A stretch of DNA of 63,651 nt, counting the filler, from Octopus bimaculoides (lineage: Eukaryota), in assembly GCF_001194135.2 (NCBI RefSeq). It is 5 parts of 5 records of this genome, joined end to end, with 100 filler letters (N's around TTAATTAATTAA, not from the genome) between each part and the next. Parts side by side here need not be neighbours in the genome. Positions count along the whole stretch, not along the records: positions 1 to 24,896 come from NC_068981.1; 4 more parts are not named here. One strand, written 5' to 3'. The translations under genes were made by a program, and so were the position numbers. This document shows, piece after piece, positions 1 through 10,822 of this stretch (positions are counted from its first letter, which is position 1; every line of letters begins with the position of its first letter). Under the pieces are notes generated by a model. That model worked only from the letters and a program-made list of their open reading frames with translations, searched no databases and had not been told where the DNA came from.

Positions 1-290
1 AGCACTCCACAGACACGTGTACCCTTAACGTAGTTCTCGGGGATATTCAGCGTGACACAGTGTGACAAGGCTGACCCTTTGAATTACAGGCACAACAGAA
101 ACAGGAAGTAAGAGTGAGAGAAAGTTGTGGTGAAAGAGTACAGCAGGGTTCGCCACCACCCCCTGCCGGAGCCTCGTGGAGTTTTTGGTGTTTTCGCTCA
201 ATAAATACTCACAACGCCCGGTCTGGGAATCGAAACCGCGATCCTATGACCGCGAATCAGCTGCCCTAACCACTGGGTCATTGCGCCTCC
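1..290 (-). mobile_element. tRNA-derived SINE, family A (3' end cut by window start)
   Basis: The reverse complement starts GGAGGCGCAATGACCCAGTGGTTAGGGCAG...GGTTTCGATTCCCAG (A and B boxes) and is colinear with the full copy at 20768-21143. Confidence 0.9.
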
Positions 291-369
291 TGTGCATAAG
301 TAACCGATAACATAATTTCAGTCGAACCGGACAGCGGTCCGTTGCAAGACTGAAGAAAAGAGAACAAAT

Positions 370-542
370 CAATGAAGTCAATCTCAGTATTTGACTGGTG
401 CTTTATTTTATCGACCCTGAAGGAATGAGATAAAGGTAAAGTTGACATCGGCGGGATTTGAACTCAGAACGTAAAGAGCCGGAAGAAACGCTGTTAAGCA
501 TTTTATCTTACGTGCGAACGACTCTGCCATCTCGCCGCCTTG
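370..542 (-). mobile_element. SINE family B, degenerate
   Basis: Contains TTTATCGACCC..GAAGG..AAAGGTAAAGTTGACATCGGCGGGATTTGAACTCAGAACGT, the reverse complement of the family B core found many times in the window. Confidence 0.8.
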
Positions 543-730
543 GTGTGTATACGAAGGAGTGCTGAAAAGTTCCTGGCTTTAAGGGTGTCGCGAAAGGTCT
601 AGTTGTGGGGGCGAACCTTTGAGTTCTTTTACCGGAAATTATGGTAATGGAAAAACTGATTGGGAAAATTGGCTGAAATGGATATATAATACTATAGAGT
701 ATAAATATTACTTTGCGTGTGCGTGCGTCT

Positions 731-992
731 GAAATGTACAGTATTATATATCCACCACGGCTGATCTTACCAATCAGTTTCGCGCAAGGAATACAATGAG
801 TGTTAGGTAACAATCCGATTATATAACCTTATGCTCGTCAGAGTTAGCCGATATGGAAGGGAATATGGCGGGTGTTCTCTATTGTCGGAGCTCCGACAAC
901 GGAGAGCACTCGCCATATTCCACTCATTGTATTCCTTGCGCCAAACCGATTGGTAAGATCAGCTGTGATGGATATATAATACTGTACATTTC
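731..992. repeat. Nested foldback: 72-bp outer inverted arms around a 62-bp loopless palindrome
   Basis: 731-802 pairs with 921-992. 860-921 is a palindrome centred on GTCGGAG|CTCCGAC with 4 mismatches. Confidence 0.9.
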
Positions 993-1094
993 GAATAATA
1001 TGCCCACTCTATTGACAGATATACGAGTGCCTCTTTACCCTGACTTATGGAATCATAGACGACTCACGCGCGCACACACACATATATGTATATA

Positions 1095-1149
<55 letters not shown>

Positions 1150-1174
1150 GTATGTATATATGTATATGTGCGTG

Positions 1175-1379
1175 TGGCAGAATCGTTAGCACGCCGGGCG
1201 AAATGCTTAGCGATATTTCGTCTGCCGATACTTCTGAGTTCAAATTCCGCTGAGGTCGACTTTGCCTTTCATCCTTTCGGGGTCGATTAAATAAGTACCA
1301 GTTACTCACTGGGGTCGATGTAATCGACTTAAACCCTTTGTTTGTCCCCTCTATGTTTATCCCCCTGTGGGCAATAAAG

Positions 1380-1383
<4 letters not shown>
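1175..1383 (+). mobile_element. SINE family B with alternative tail, embedded in (TA)/(TG) repeats
   Basis: TGGCAGAATCGTTAGCACGCCGGGCGAAATGCTTAGC...GAGTTCAAATTCCGC...GGTCGACTTTGCCTTTCATCCTTTCGGGGTCGAT, followed by the tail TTTGTCCCCTCTATGTTTATCCCCCTGTGGGCAATAAAGAAAT. Confidence 0.9.
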
Positions 1384-1425
<42 letters not shown>

Positions 1426-2170
1426 ATATGTATGGCTGTGTGTGTGTGTCAAGGACCACTGCAATAAGTGTGAATTTGAGAGGGGAATATGTTGGATAAA
1501 ATCATTATTATCTGAACCTCCTGTATTTTCTTTTACGCAAAACTAGGAACTTTTCAGCACAGTCTCATACATCAGCCCTTCAAATATGCAACAGGATCCG
1601 TTAAAATATAGTGGGGCCTTTATATTCGTTTCGATTGCCACCAACCCTCTTGTGTGACTAGTCTGTTATACATTAACCGTATTACTGGGCCCGAGAAAAT
1701 AATTACAATTCGACACATCAGCAAAATATACAATTTGTAAATCAATAACGACCGGTTTGTAGCCACTCTTCCCCATACTTCTTAATCTATATACATTGGT
1801 CTTTCAAATACGCAATGGAATCTGGCCCAGCCTGTTTATTTATTTATTTATTCACTCATTTTTCTTTTCATTAGAACTCCTTTATACACAGGTACCGCAC
1901 TACCTTAATCCGGCCTTGCAATTGAACCCTTACCTAGCGAATCCTATAATCAAGAGCGAAATAATCCCAACAATAACCATGTCATCATTGGAGAGGAGAA
2001 AACGGGAGGGTGAGGACGGAGTGCAGGTGGGCGCATTTAAGTGGTCCATTATTTGCCGCATTTAAGCGCATTTAAGTGGTCCATCATTTGCCTTATTTAA
2101 GATTGAGAGAAACTTAGCTGTTACTTCAGTAGTAGTGGTGGTGGTGGTGGCAGAAGAAAAAGAAATAGAG

Positions 2171-2224
<54 letters not shown>

Positions 2225-4900
2225 ATAGTAGTAGTAGTGGTAGTAGTTTGTGAAGAAGTTACTGTTTATCTATTTGTTCATTATTTCAGTGCGTGCGTGC
2301 GTGCGNNNNNNNNNNNNNNNNNNNNNNNNNNNNNNNNNNNNNNNNNNNNNNNNNNNNNNNNNNNNNNNNNNNNNNNNNNNNNNNNNNNNNNNNNNNNNNN
2401 NNNNNNNNNNNNNNNNNNNNNNNNNNNNNNNNNNNNNNNNNNNNNNNNNNNNNNNNNNNNNNNNNNNNNNNNNNNNNNNNNNNNNNNNNNNNNNNNNNNN
2501 NNNNNNNNNNNNNNNNNNNNNNNNNNNNNNNNNNNNNNNNNNNNNNNNNNNNNNNNNNNNNNNNNNNNNNNNNNNNNNNNNNNNNNNNNNNNNNNNNNNN
2601 NNNNNNNNNNNNNNNNNNNNNNNNNNNNNNNNNNNNNNNNNNNNNNNNNNNNNNNNNNNNNNNNNNNNNNNNNNNNNNNNNNNNNNNNNNNNNNNNNNNN
2701 NNNNNNNNNNNNNNNNNNNNNNNNNNNNNNNNNNNNNNNNNNNNNNNNNNNNNNNNNNNNNNNNNNNNNNNNNNNNNNNNNNNNNNNNNNNNNNNNNNNN
2801 NNNNNNNNNNNNNNNNNNNNNNNNNNNNNNNNNNNNNNNNNNNNNNNNNNNNNNNNNNNNNNNNNNNNNNNNNNNNNNNNNNNNNNNNNNNNNNNNNNNN
2901 NNNNNNNNNNNNNNNNNNNNNNNNNNNNNNNNNNNNNNNNNNNNNNNNNNNNNNNNNNNNNNNNNNNNNNNNNNNNNTGAATGCATACATGCATGTAAGT
3001 GTGCGTGCATGTACGCTTGTGTGTATACATATATATGTGCATATATTTATGATATATATATGTATGCATCCTTGTATGCATGTACATGTATGTATGTATG
3101 CATATATGTATACATAGCTATACATAAATATATATGTGCGTGTATATGTATATAAATATATATAGATACATACACACACACACTCATAGGTATGTATGTA
3201 CGTTACATGCATGCATATATGTACGTATGTATGTATGTATGTATGTATGTATGTATGTATGTATGTATGTATGTATGTACGTCACGTGCTTGCATATATG
3301 TATGTATGTTTACTTTTTTCCAATAGTTTCATGCATGCCATTTATGTTATAATTGTTGTTTAGTCCCAGATCAGTCCTGATAACTGAGTGGACCCAAGAT
3401 GAAAAGATTTTGAGTCACAACCATTGAGATTTATATATANNNNNNNNNNNNNNNNNNNNNNNNNNNNNNNNNNNNNNNNNNNNNNNNNNNNNNNNNNNNN
3501 NNNNNNNNNNNNNNNNNNNNNNNNNNNNNNNNNNNNNNNNNNNNNNNNNNNNNNNNNNNNNNNNNNNNNNNNNNNNNNNNNNNNNNNNNNNNNNNNNNNN
3601 NNNNNNNNNNNNNNNNNNNNNNNNNNNNNNNNNNNNNNNNNNNNNNNNNNNNNNNNNNNNNNNNNNNNNNNNNNNNNNNNNNNNNNNNNNNNNNNNNNNN
3701 NNNNNNNNNNNNNNNNNNNNNNNNNNNNNNNNNNNNNNNNNNNNNNNNNNNNNNNNNNNNNNNNNNNNNNNNNNNNNNNNNNNNNNNNNNNNNNNNNNNN
3801 NNNNNNNNNNNNNNNNNNNNNNNNNNNNNNNNNNNNNNNNNNNNNNNNNNNNNNNNNNNNNNNNNNNNNNNNNNNNNNNNNNNNNNNNNNNNNNNNNNNN
3901 NNNNNNNNNNNNNNNNNNNNNNNNNNNNNNNNNNNNNNNNNNNNNNNNNNNNNNNNNNNNNNNNNNNNNNNNNNNNNNNNNNNNNNNNNNNNNNNNNNNN
4001 NNNNNNNNNNNNNNNNNNNNNNNNNNNNNNNNNNNNNNNNNNNNNNNNNNNNNNNNNNNNNNNNNNNNNNNNNNNNNNNNNNNNNNNNNNNNNNNNNNNN
4101 NNNNNNNNNNNNNNNNNNNNNNNNNNNNNNNNNNNNNNNNNNNNNNNNNNNNNNNNNNNNNNNNNNNNNNNNNNNNNNNNNNNNNNNNNNNNNNNNNNNN
4201 NNNNNNNNNNNNNNNNNNNNNNNNNNNNNNNNNNNNNNNNNNNNNNNNNNNNNNNNNNNNNNNNNNNNNNCATTGTGTGTGTGGTGTCATTGTGTCTGTG
4301 TTTGTCCCACCACTATGGTGTTGATGTCTTTACGTGTCCATAACATAGTGGTTCGGTAAAACAGATCGATACAATAATTACCAGATTAAAAATAAAGGTA
4401 CGTGATGGTGGGGGGTCTTTTTCCTAGACTAGAATTCTTCAAGGTGTTTTCCTAGCATGGTCGCAGTCTTTTGACTGAAACAAATAAACGATAAGAGAAT
4501 AAAAGATTGCACGATGTATTCTATGCATTTTTTAAGGCGATAAGGATGTGATTTGAGGGTGCTTTGGCTACCATTTCAAGTAGCTTGAGCAGCGTGCAAC
4601 TCAATGTCCCCGAGGAATGTGCAACATTGTCGTTATTGGATGCAGAACTGCGTTTGTATGCTACATCTGTTTTGCTTTCTGTTGTTGTTATTGGTGGTGG
4701 TGGTGGGATTGCTTTGGCGTTTCTGGCGTTCCTTCAGCGTTTTGTTTGTTGGCGTTGTAGAATATATGTTGTGTTGTTTTGTCGGATGATGATTTGTATT
4801 TTGTATGTGTCATGTCTGTTGTGCTATATGTTTTAGTGTCAAGTGTTGACTATGGAAAATATTTACTGTACGAATTGTGTTTATATTATTAAGTGAACAT

Positions 4901-5110
4901 AGGGCGGGCAGCCGGCAGAATCGTTTGCACGCCGAACAAAATGCTTAGTGGCATATTGTCTTTGCGTTCTGAGTTCAAATGCCGCCGAGGTCGACTTTAC
5001 CTTTCCTCATTTCGAAGCCGATAAAACAAGTACCAGTTGAGTTCTGGGTTCGATATAATCGACCAGTCCCTTCCACCAAAATTCAAGGCTTTGTGCTTGT
5101 AGTAGAAAGA
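4901..5110 (+). mobile_element. SINE family B
   Basis: Head, core and AAAATTCAAGGCTTTGTGC..TAGTAGAAAG tail are colinear with other copies. Confidence 0.85.
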
Positions 5111-5725
5111 ATAAAGTAACAGTTGTTTAGCGCGCAATAAGACCAGAGGAGAAGTAATAAATTGAGTAAAGAAATGCATAAGAATATAGCAAATATTATA
5201 TATAACCTTGAACATATCTATCCAGACTAGCAAGGAGATCACAACGTACTGTCCAAGTACTATTTTCAAAGAAAAGAATGACAATCCATGTACTCTGGTT
5301 GGTAATCCGATATCACTTGACCAAATCATATCCTAAGCAAGACACGTTTAATTTAATAGTACAGCTCACACAGTACATATTCTAAACAATTACCACCTGA
5401 TAATAATACAACCCACGCAGTACATACTTATACACATTTACTATCCAATAAAATCATTCTACACACATATTTTTACATAATCGACAATAACACATCCTAC
5501 ACGCAAACAACTCTATTCTGAGGGCTGTACCTAGCTGAGCTATTTTAAGGGTTGTATGTAATGTTGTAAACCTTAGCATATTTTATTTAATATGCTTATC
5601 TTTATATATATATATATATGTGTGTGTGTGAAAAAATAATTAAGATTCAGGTGAATTAGGTACTTAAATTGAGGCACCAAGTCAGTCTGGTATTATCCGC
5701 ACAGCTCGAAGTAAGATGAATAAAA

Positions 5726-6078
5726 AGCAAATAAGTAACAAGGATGTTTAAGGTATAAGTGCATTATGGCCGTCTCAGGCGGCTCCATTTAATCGAACAA
5801 TGCAAGCATTACATCAATTCGAAATACCGCCACCTTCGCATGCAGAATATAGGTTTTCAACACACAGGATACTCCATTATAATTTTCATACTCTAGTTCT
5901 GATTAAATATTTGCTGAAAATTATAATGGAGTATCCTGTATGTTGAAAACCTATATTCTGCATCCGAAGATGGCGGTGTATTTCAAATTGATGCAACGCT
6001 TGCATTGTTCGAATAAATGGAGCCACCTGAAACGGCTGTAATGCACTAAAACCTTGACATCCTTGTTACTTATTTGCT
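5726..6078. repeat. Long foldback (MITE-like palindrome), ~163-bp arms, 26-nt loop
   Basis: 5726-5888 (AGCAAATAAGTAACAAGGATG...CCATTATAATTTTCA) is the inverse of 5915-6078 (TGAAAATTATAATGG...CATCCTTGTTACTTATTTGCT), with scattered mismatches. Confidence 0.92.
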
Positions 6079-6114
6079 ATATATACATATATATACATAT
6101 ATATATATATATAT

Positions 6115-6291
6115 ATTCTTTTATTTGTTTCAGTCATTTGACTGCAGCCATGCTGGAGCACCGCCTTTAGTCGAACAAATCGACCACAGGACTTATTCTA
6201 TCGGTTCTCTTTTGCCGAACTGCTAATTTACGGAGACGTAAACACCGGTTGTCAAGCGGCGATGGGAGACAAGCACAGACATACACACACG

Positions 6292-6329
<38 letters not shown>

Positions 6330-6475
6330 TAATGGGCTTCTTTTAGTTTCCATCTACCAAATCCACTCACAAGGCTAAAGTAGAAGACACTTGTTCAAGG
6401 TACCACGCAGTGGAAATGAACCCGGAACCATGTGGATGGAGATCAAGCTTCTTACCACACAGCCATACCTGCGCC
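6115..6475 (-). mobile_element. SINE family C (CORE-like, internal TA/TG microsatellite)
   Basis: The reverse complement has a GGCGCAGGTATGGCTGTGTGGTAAG head, an ACCTTGAACAAGTGTCTTCTACT CORE-like block, and the tail GCGGTGCTCCAGCATGGCTGCAGTCAAATGACTGAAACAA. Confidence 0.9.
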
Positions 6476-6839
6476 AGCGTTCTATATTTTTTTAAAGATA
6501 TTTGTTCACATTCATTATCATACCTTATGTCCAATCATTATTGCCACTGATTTTACTCTCACGCCTCACATCCTGTTTATTTTCATTTCAAAAGCTTTGT
6601 GTTTTTTTATAGTTTCTCAACTTCCCGAATGATCATGTGTTTTTTTATCAGAATATAAAGATCATCTTTTTTTACTTCAATAGTTATATCTGGACACTTC
6701 GTTATCTTCTTAATCTGGATAGGCATGTCCCAGGTTATCGTAACCAGATTATTGTTATATACCGTATCGTACATACTTATTCATTTCATTTTGAGTTTAT
6801 TTATTTCATTTGTCTAATTTTCATCGTGTGCTCTCACGA

Positions 6840-7200
6840 TGCATTTTCTAACTTGGTTTTTAGTTATGGTTTTATCTGCAAGTCCCGAATCCAGTCCCCA
6901 TATTCAAATTATTTCTATTTCCAGTACTAGGTATATGGATTATTGATCCATTTCTAATAAATTATCGCCTTCTTAGGATCGATACTCCAATTAAGAGCCA
7001 AGGCCTTTCTTGATGGTCATTGACAATATTAACCGGCTGATTAGCTTTGATTTCTATGTCTATAGGAATTGGCATATCCTAAAGTACGGTGTCTTTGTCA
7101 TTCTCTGAAATGTATGTGCAAACCACTTCGTTTATGTTGGCATACATAATGCTGGCATAATTTCTAGTGTACGAAAGCCCTAATTATATCATCTCTCTAG
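6840..7200 (-). mobile_element. Decayed non-LTR retrotransposon, restriction-like endonuclease region (R4/Dong-like)
   Basis: Minus-strand translation NDKDTVL*DMPIPIDIEIKANQPVNIVNDHQERPWLLIGVSI resembles the ...TILWDxPIxTDxxIxANRPDIVV...LIDVSIP segment of R4-clade RLE domains (recalled, not searched). It contains stops. Confidence 0.65.
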
Positions 7201-7582
7201 ATGTGTTTCTATCTTGGCTAAGAGTAGTTAATTGTTTCTCACCAAACTTCATTTAGCAGACTTGTTAGAGCGTTGGACAAAATGCCTCGTGGAATTTAGA
7301 AACAGATTAGCGTTCCGAGTGCAAATCTCACTGAGATCAACTTTGCTTGTCAGTCATCTGGTGTCGATAAAATAAAGTACCAGTCAAGAACTAGGGACAA
7401 TCCAATTGACTAATACCTTCCCTGGCCTTCTATCCTGCACCTATCTTAGAAATCGGCAGCAGCGGCAGTGGTGGTGGAGGTGGCAGCAGCGGCAGCGGTG
7501 GCGGAAGCAGCGGCGGCAACCGCGCGGTGGCTCTTTGTACTAGTTTTTGTATATGTTATTTTTGCGGTTCGGGATATAACTG

Positions 7583-8246
7583 GGATCTTGTTCAAAACGG
7601 GGGCACCAGTATTTTCTTAACGAAACACTTTGAAACTTGGGACACTGGTAGAATGTGTCATATAAAACATCTTTTTCTCTTAGTCTTCTTAACAAAAAAA
7701 CCTACATCGCAAGTTATTTCATGTTAAAGTTGTCGTATTTCTGTAATTTCAACCAATGACTGACGTCCATTCAGCCGGATATTATTAAGTGCTGACTATG
7801 TAAACAAACGATGTCTGAAGCATATTGGCAGTAGAGTTAGGGTTAGGGTTAGGGTTAGGGTTAGGGTTGGGCAGTAGCTAATAAACCTTTCATACAGTTC
7901 AGGCAGATGTTAACGAAATAATCACGCGTTAAAGAAAATGAAAAAAGCAAATGTTGTACACATACAGTTCAGGCAGATGTTAACGAAATTGTAAATGGAG
8001 TTTAAATACGCTTTACACCGCTTAAACTTCCAAAGGAGCAAGTGTAAACAGCTGAATACTTGTCAGTGATTGGTTGAAAGTATCGAAATAAGACAATTTT
8101 TTACGTGAAATAAATTCGAATACAAAAGTTTTTTTCTGTTCTATAACACAAAATAGATAAGTATACGAAGTTTGAAAGTCTTTCGGTACCCAAAACACTA
8201 CATAAAACATTGATGAAAACTGGTGCCCTCGTTTTGAACAAGATCC
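7583..8246. mobile_element. Non-autonomous DNA transposon (MITE) with 28-bp TIRs, 8-bp TSD and an internal (TTAGGG)n tract
   Basis: Left end GGATCTTGTTCAAAACGGGGGCACCAGT, right end ACTGGTGCCCTCGTTTTGAACAAGATCC (1 mismatch). TATAACTG flanks both sides (7575-7582, 8247-8254). A TTAGGG run lies at ~7837-7870, and there are subterminal inverted modules. Confidence 0.93.
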
Positions 8247-9021
8247 TATAACTGTTGTTTGGGACTAAGTTAGTCCTGAATGGGAAGATCTTTGATGAAA
8301 AGTGGTTCCGTCATGACCGTCTCATCTTTTGGCATATTTAATATTTCCTTTATTTATCACTTTTTTTAAGTCGGTAAGTTTTAATTTGAGGGACTTTGGC
8401 CGCTGTTTCTAACGGGTCATGTTACCACATAGAGGTCGCCTCGTTCGGTGGTGAGGTTTTATTTATACATTTTCCTGTATCGTTCCCAATGAAGAATACA
8501 CAAATACCCCATGTCATTTTCGGCATCAACAATGCAATGAAGCAGTGATTTGTCAATTGAATCCCCACCTCTTTAAGTTCAAAAGTTCAATACGGCTATC
8601 TATTGTTCACGAATGCATTCAATACAAAATTAGGCATCAACAGGCAGGGTTATTACAATGCTTGTCGGTAATCGTTCCGTTTCTCTTCGATCTGTGTGCA
8701 ACTCCCGTTGAGATCAACTTTGCCTTTCATCTTTTGGTGGGTCGATAGATGAAGTAACCGTCATGTACTGGAGTCGCTTCTTTTCTATTTCGAGGTCTTT
8801 CTACCCGTCTCTGTTTCAGGCAGAAGCAAGCTGTGATCGGACCTGGAGAAGAATGGGCTCTACAAGGTCCAGAAATGACCTCTGTGTGTGTATGTGTGCG
8901 TGCGCGCATATATATGTATACATAGGCGCGCGTGTACGCACACACACGCCACATGTATGTATGGATGGATGGATGTGTATGCACGCATGTATGTGTGTAT
9001 ATGTGTGTGAGAAAGAGAGAG

Positions 9022-9064
<43 letters not shown>

Positions 9065-9106
9065 AAGCATACATTTTGCTTACTTTGTCTTAATCAAGAA
9101 AAATAT

Positions 9107-9460
9107 ATTCTCTTTTACTTGTTTCAGTCATTTGACTGTGGCCATGCTGGAGCACCGCCTTCAGTCGAGCAAATCGACCCCAGGACTTATTCTTTGGAAG
9201 CCTAGTACTTATTCTATCGGTCTCTTTTGTCGAACCGCTAAGTTACGGGGACGTAAACACACTACCATCGGTTGTCAGGCGATGTTGGGGGGACAAACAC
9301 AGACACACAAACATATACACACACATACATATATATATATACATATATACGACGGGCTTCTTTCAGTTTCCGTCTACCAAATCCACTCACAAGGCTTTGT
9401 TCGGCCCGAGGCTATAGTAGAAGACACTTGCCCAAGGTGCCATGCAGCCACTCCCGCGCC
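9107..9460 (-). mobile_element. SINE family C, head internally deleted
   Basis: Colinear with 6115-6475 and 58862-59240, but most of the tRNA-like head is missing between two CAG motifs. Confidence 0.88.
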
Positions 9461-9665
9461 TATATTACCAATTATTTTTTCACAACCTCCGAATAATCTG
9501 CATTTAACGTTTTGTGATCTGTTTCATTGTCTTCGTGAGTTTCCTGTATCTTCTTAAAGCAGAGGCATACTGGGTCCCTACGACTATATATATGATTTGG
9601 TAGCATATACATAGGAGATCTGGTGCAATGCTTTGTCGTGGGATTGCTATAATGCTGTTAAAACA

Positions 9666-10437
9666 GATCTACGTGTAACTACAATATTTTTTTTTTTTTT
9701 GATGTGTGTGCCACGATCCAAATCCTGTTGGAGTTCTGTTTTAAGCTTTGCGTTTCTAAGCCAGTCTTGTTTATTGGCGAGCGAGGAGAATCGTTAACAC
9801 ACCAGAAAAAATGCTTGGCGGCATTCTTCTAGATTTACGCTCGAGTTCAAATCTCACCGAAGTCAACGTTGCCTTTCAGCCTTTCGGGGTCGATGAAATA
9901 AGAACCAGTTGAACACTGGAGTCGATGTAATCGACTAACCACCCCCACAAAATTTCAACTCATGTGTCTATAATAGGAAAGATTATCATTATTACTATCA
10001 GTAAGGCGGTGAATCGTTAGCACGCCGGGCGAAATGCTTAGCGGCANNNNNNNNNNGATCTACGTGTAACTACAATATTTTTTTTTTTTTTGATGTGTGT
10101 GCCACGATCCAAATCCTGTTGGAGTTCTGTTTTAAGCTTTGCGTTTCTAAGCCAGTCTTGTTTATTGGCGAGCGAGGAGAATCGTTAACACACCAGAAAA
10201 AATGCTTGGCGGCATTCTTCTAGATTTACGCTCGAGTTCAAATCTCACCGAAGTCAACGTTGCCTTTCAGCCTTTCGGGGTCGATGAAATAAGAACCAGT
10301 TGAACACTGGAGTCGATGTAATCGACTAACCACCCCCACAAAATTTCAACTCATGTGTCTATAATAGGAAAGATTATCATTATTACTATCAGTAAGGCGG
10401 TGAATCGTTAGCACGCCGGGCGAAATGCTTAGCGGCA
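9666..10437. other. 381-bp direct duplication either side of a 10-N gap (probable assembly artefact)
   Basis: 9666-10046 appears identical to 10057-10437, including the poly-T length, and the copies are separated only by N x10. Confidence 0.85.
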
Positions 10438-10822
10438 TTTCGTCCGCCTTGACGTGCTGAGTTCAAATTCCGCCGCGGTCGATTTTGTCTTTCATCCTTT
10501 CGGGGTCGATAAATTAAGTATCAGTGAAACACTGGGGTCAATGTAATCGACTAGTCCCCTCCCACAAAATTTCAGGCCTTGTGCCTATAGTAGAAAGGAT
10601 TATTATTATCATTTAAGGCGGCGAGCTGTCAGAATCGTTAGCGTGCTGGATGAAATGCTTAGTGGTATTTCGCCCGTCGCTATGTTCTGAGTTCAAATTA
10701 CGCCCCCGTCAACTTTACCTTTCATCCTTTCGGGGTCGATAAAATAAATACTAGTGGTTGTAAACGACTCATCCCCTCCCCGAAAATTGCTGCTTTTGTG
10801 GCAAAATTTGAAACCATCGTTA
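9776..10822 (+). mobile_element. Head-to-tail array of family B SINEs joined by (ATT)-type tails
   Basis: Successive heads at ~9776 (duplicated at ~10167), ~10393 and ~10615, each following a GATTATCATTATT/GGATTATTATT tail. Confidence 0.88.

Noticed and set aside
2030-2100. GCATTTAAGTGGTCCAT(T/C)ATTTGCC short direct repeats and nearby TTAATCCGGCC hAT-like end
   Set aside because: No matching second terminus or TSD was found, and it is too short to call.
2135-4359. ORFs of 250-310 aa (and similar ones at 33173-34880, 45162-46401, 52869-53706, 57131-58498)
   Set aside because: Their length comes from N gaps.
7837-7870. Telomere or chromosome end
   Set aside because: The tract is short and internal to a TIR/TSD-bounded element.
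9666-10437. Apparent recent 381-bp tandem duplication
   Set aside because: The copies look identical and flank a 10-N gap, typical of unmerged contig overlap.
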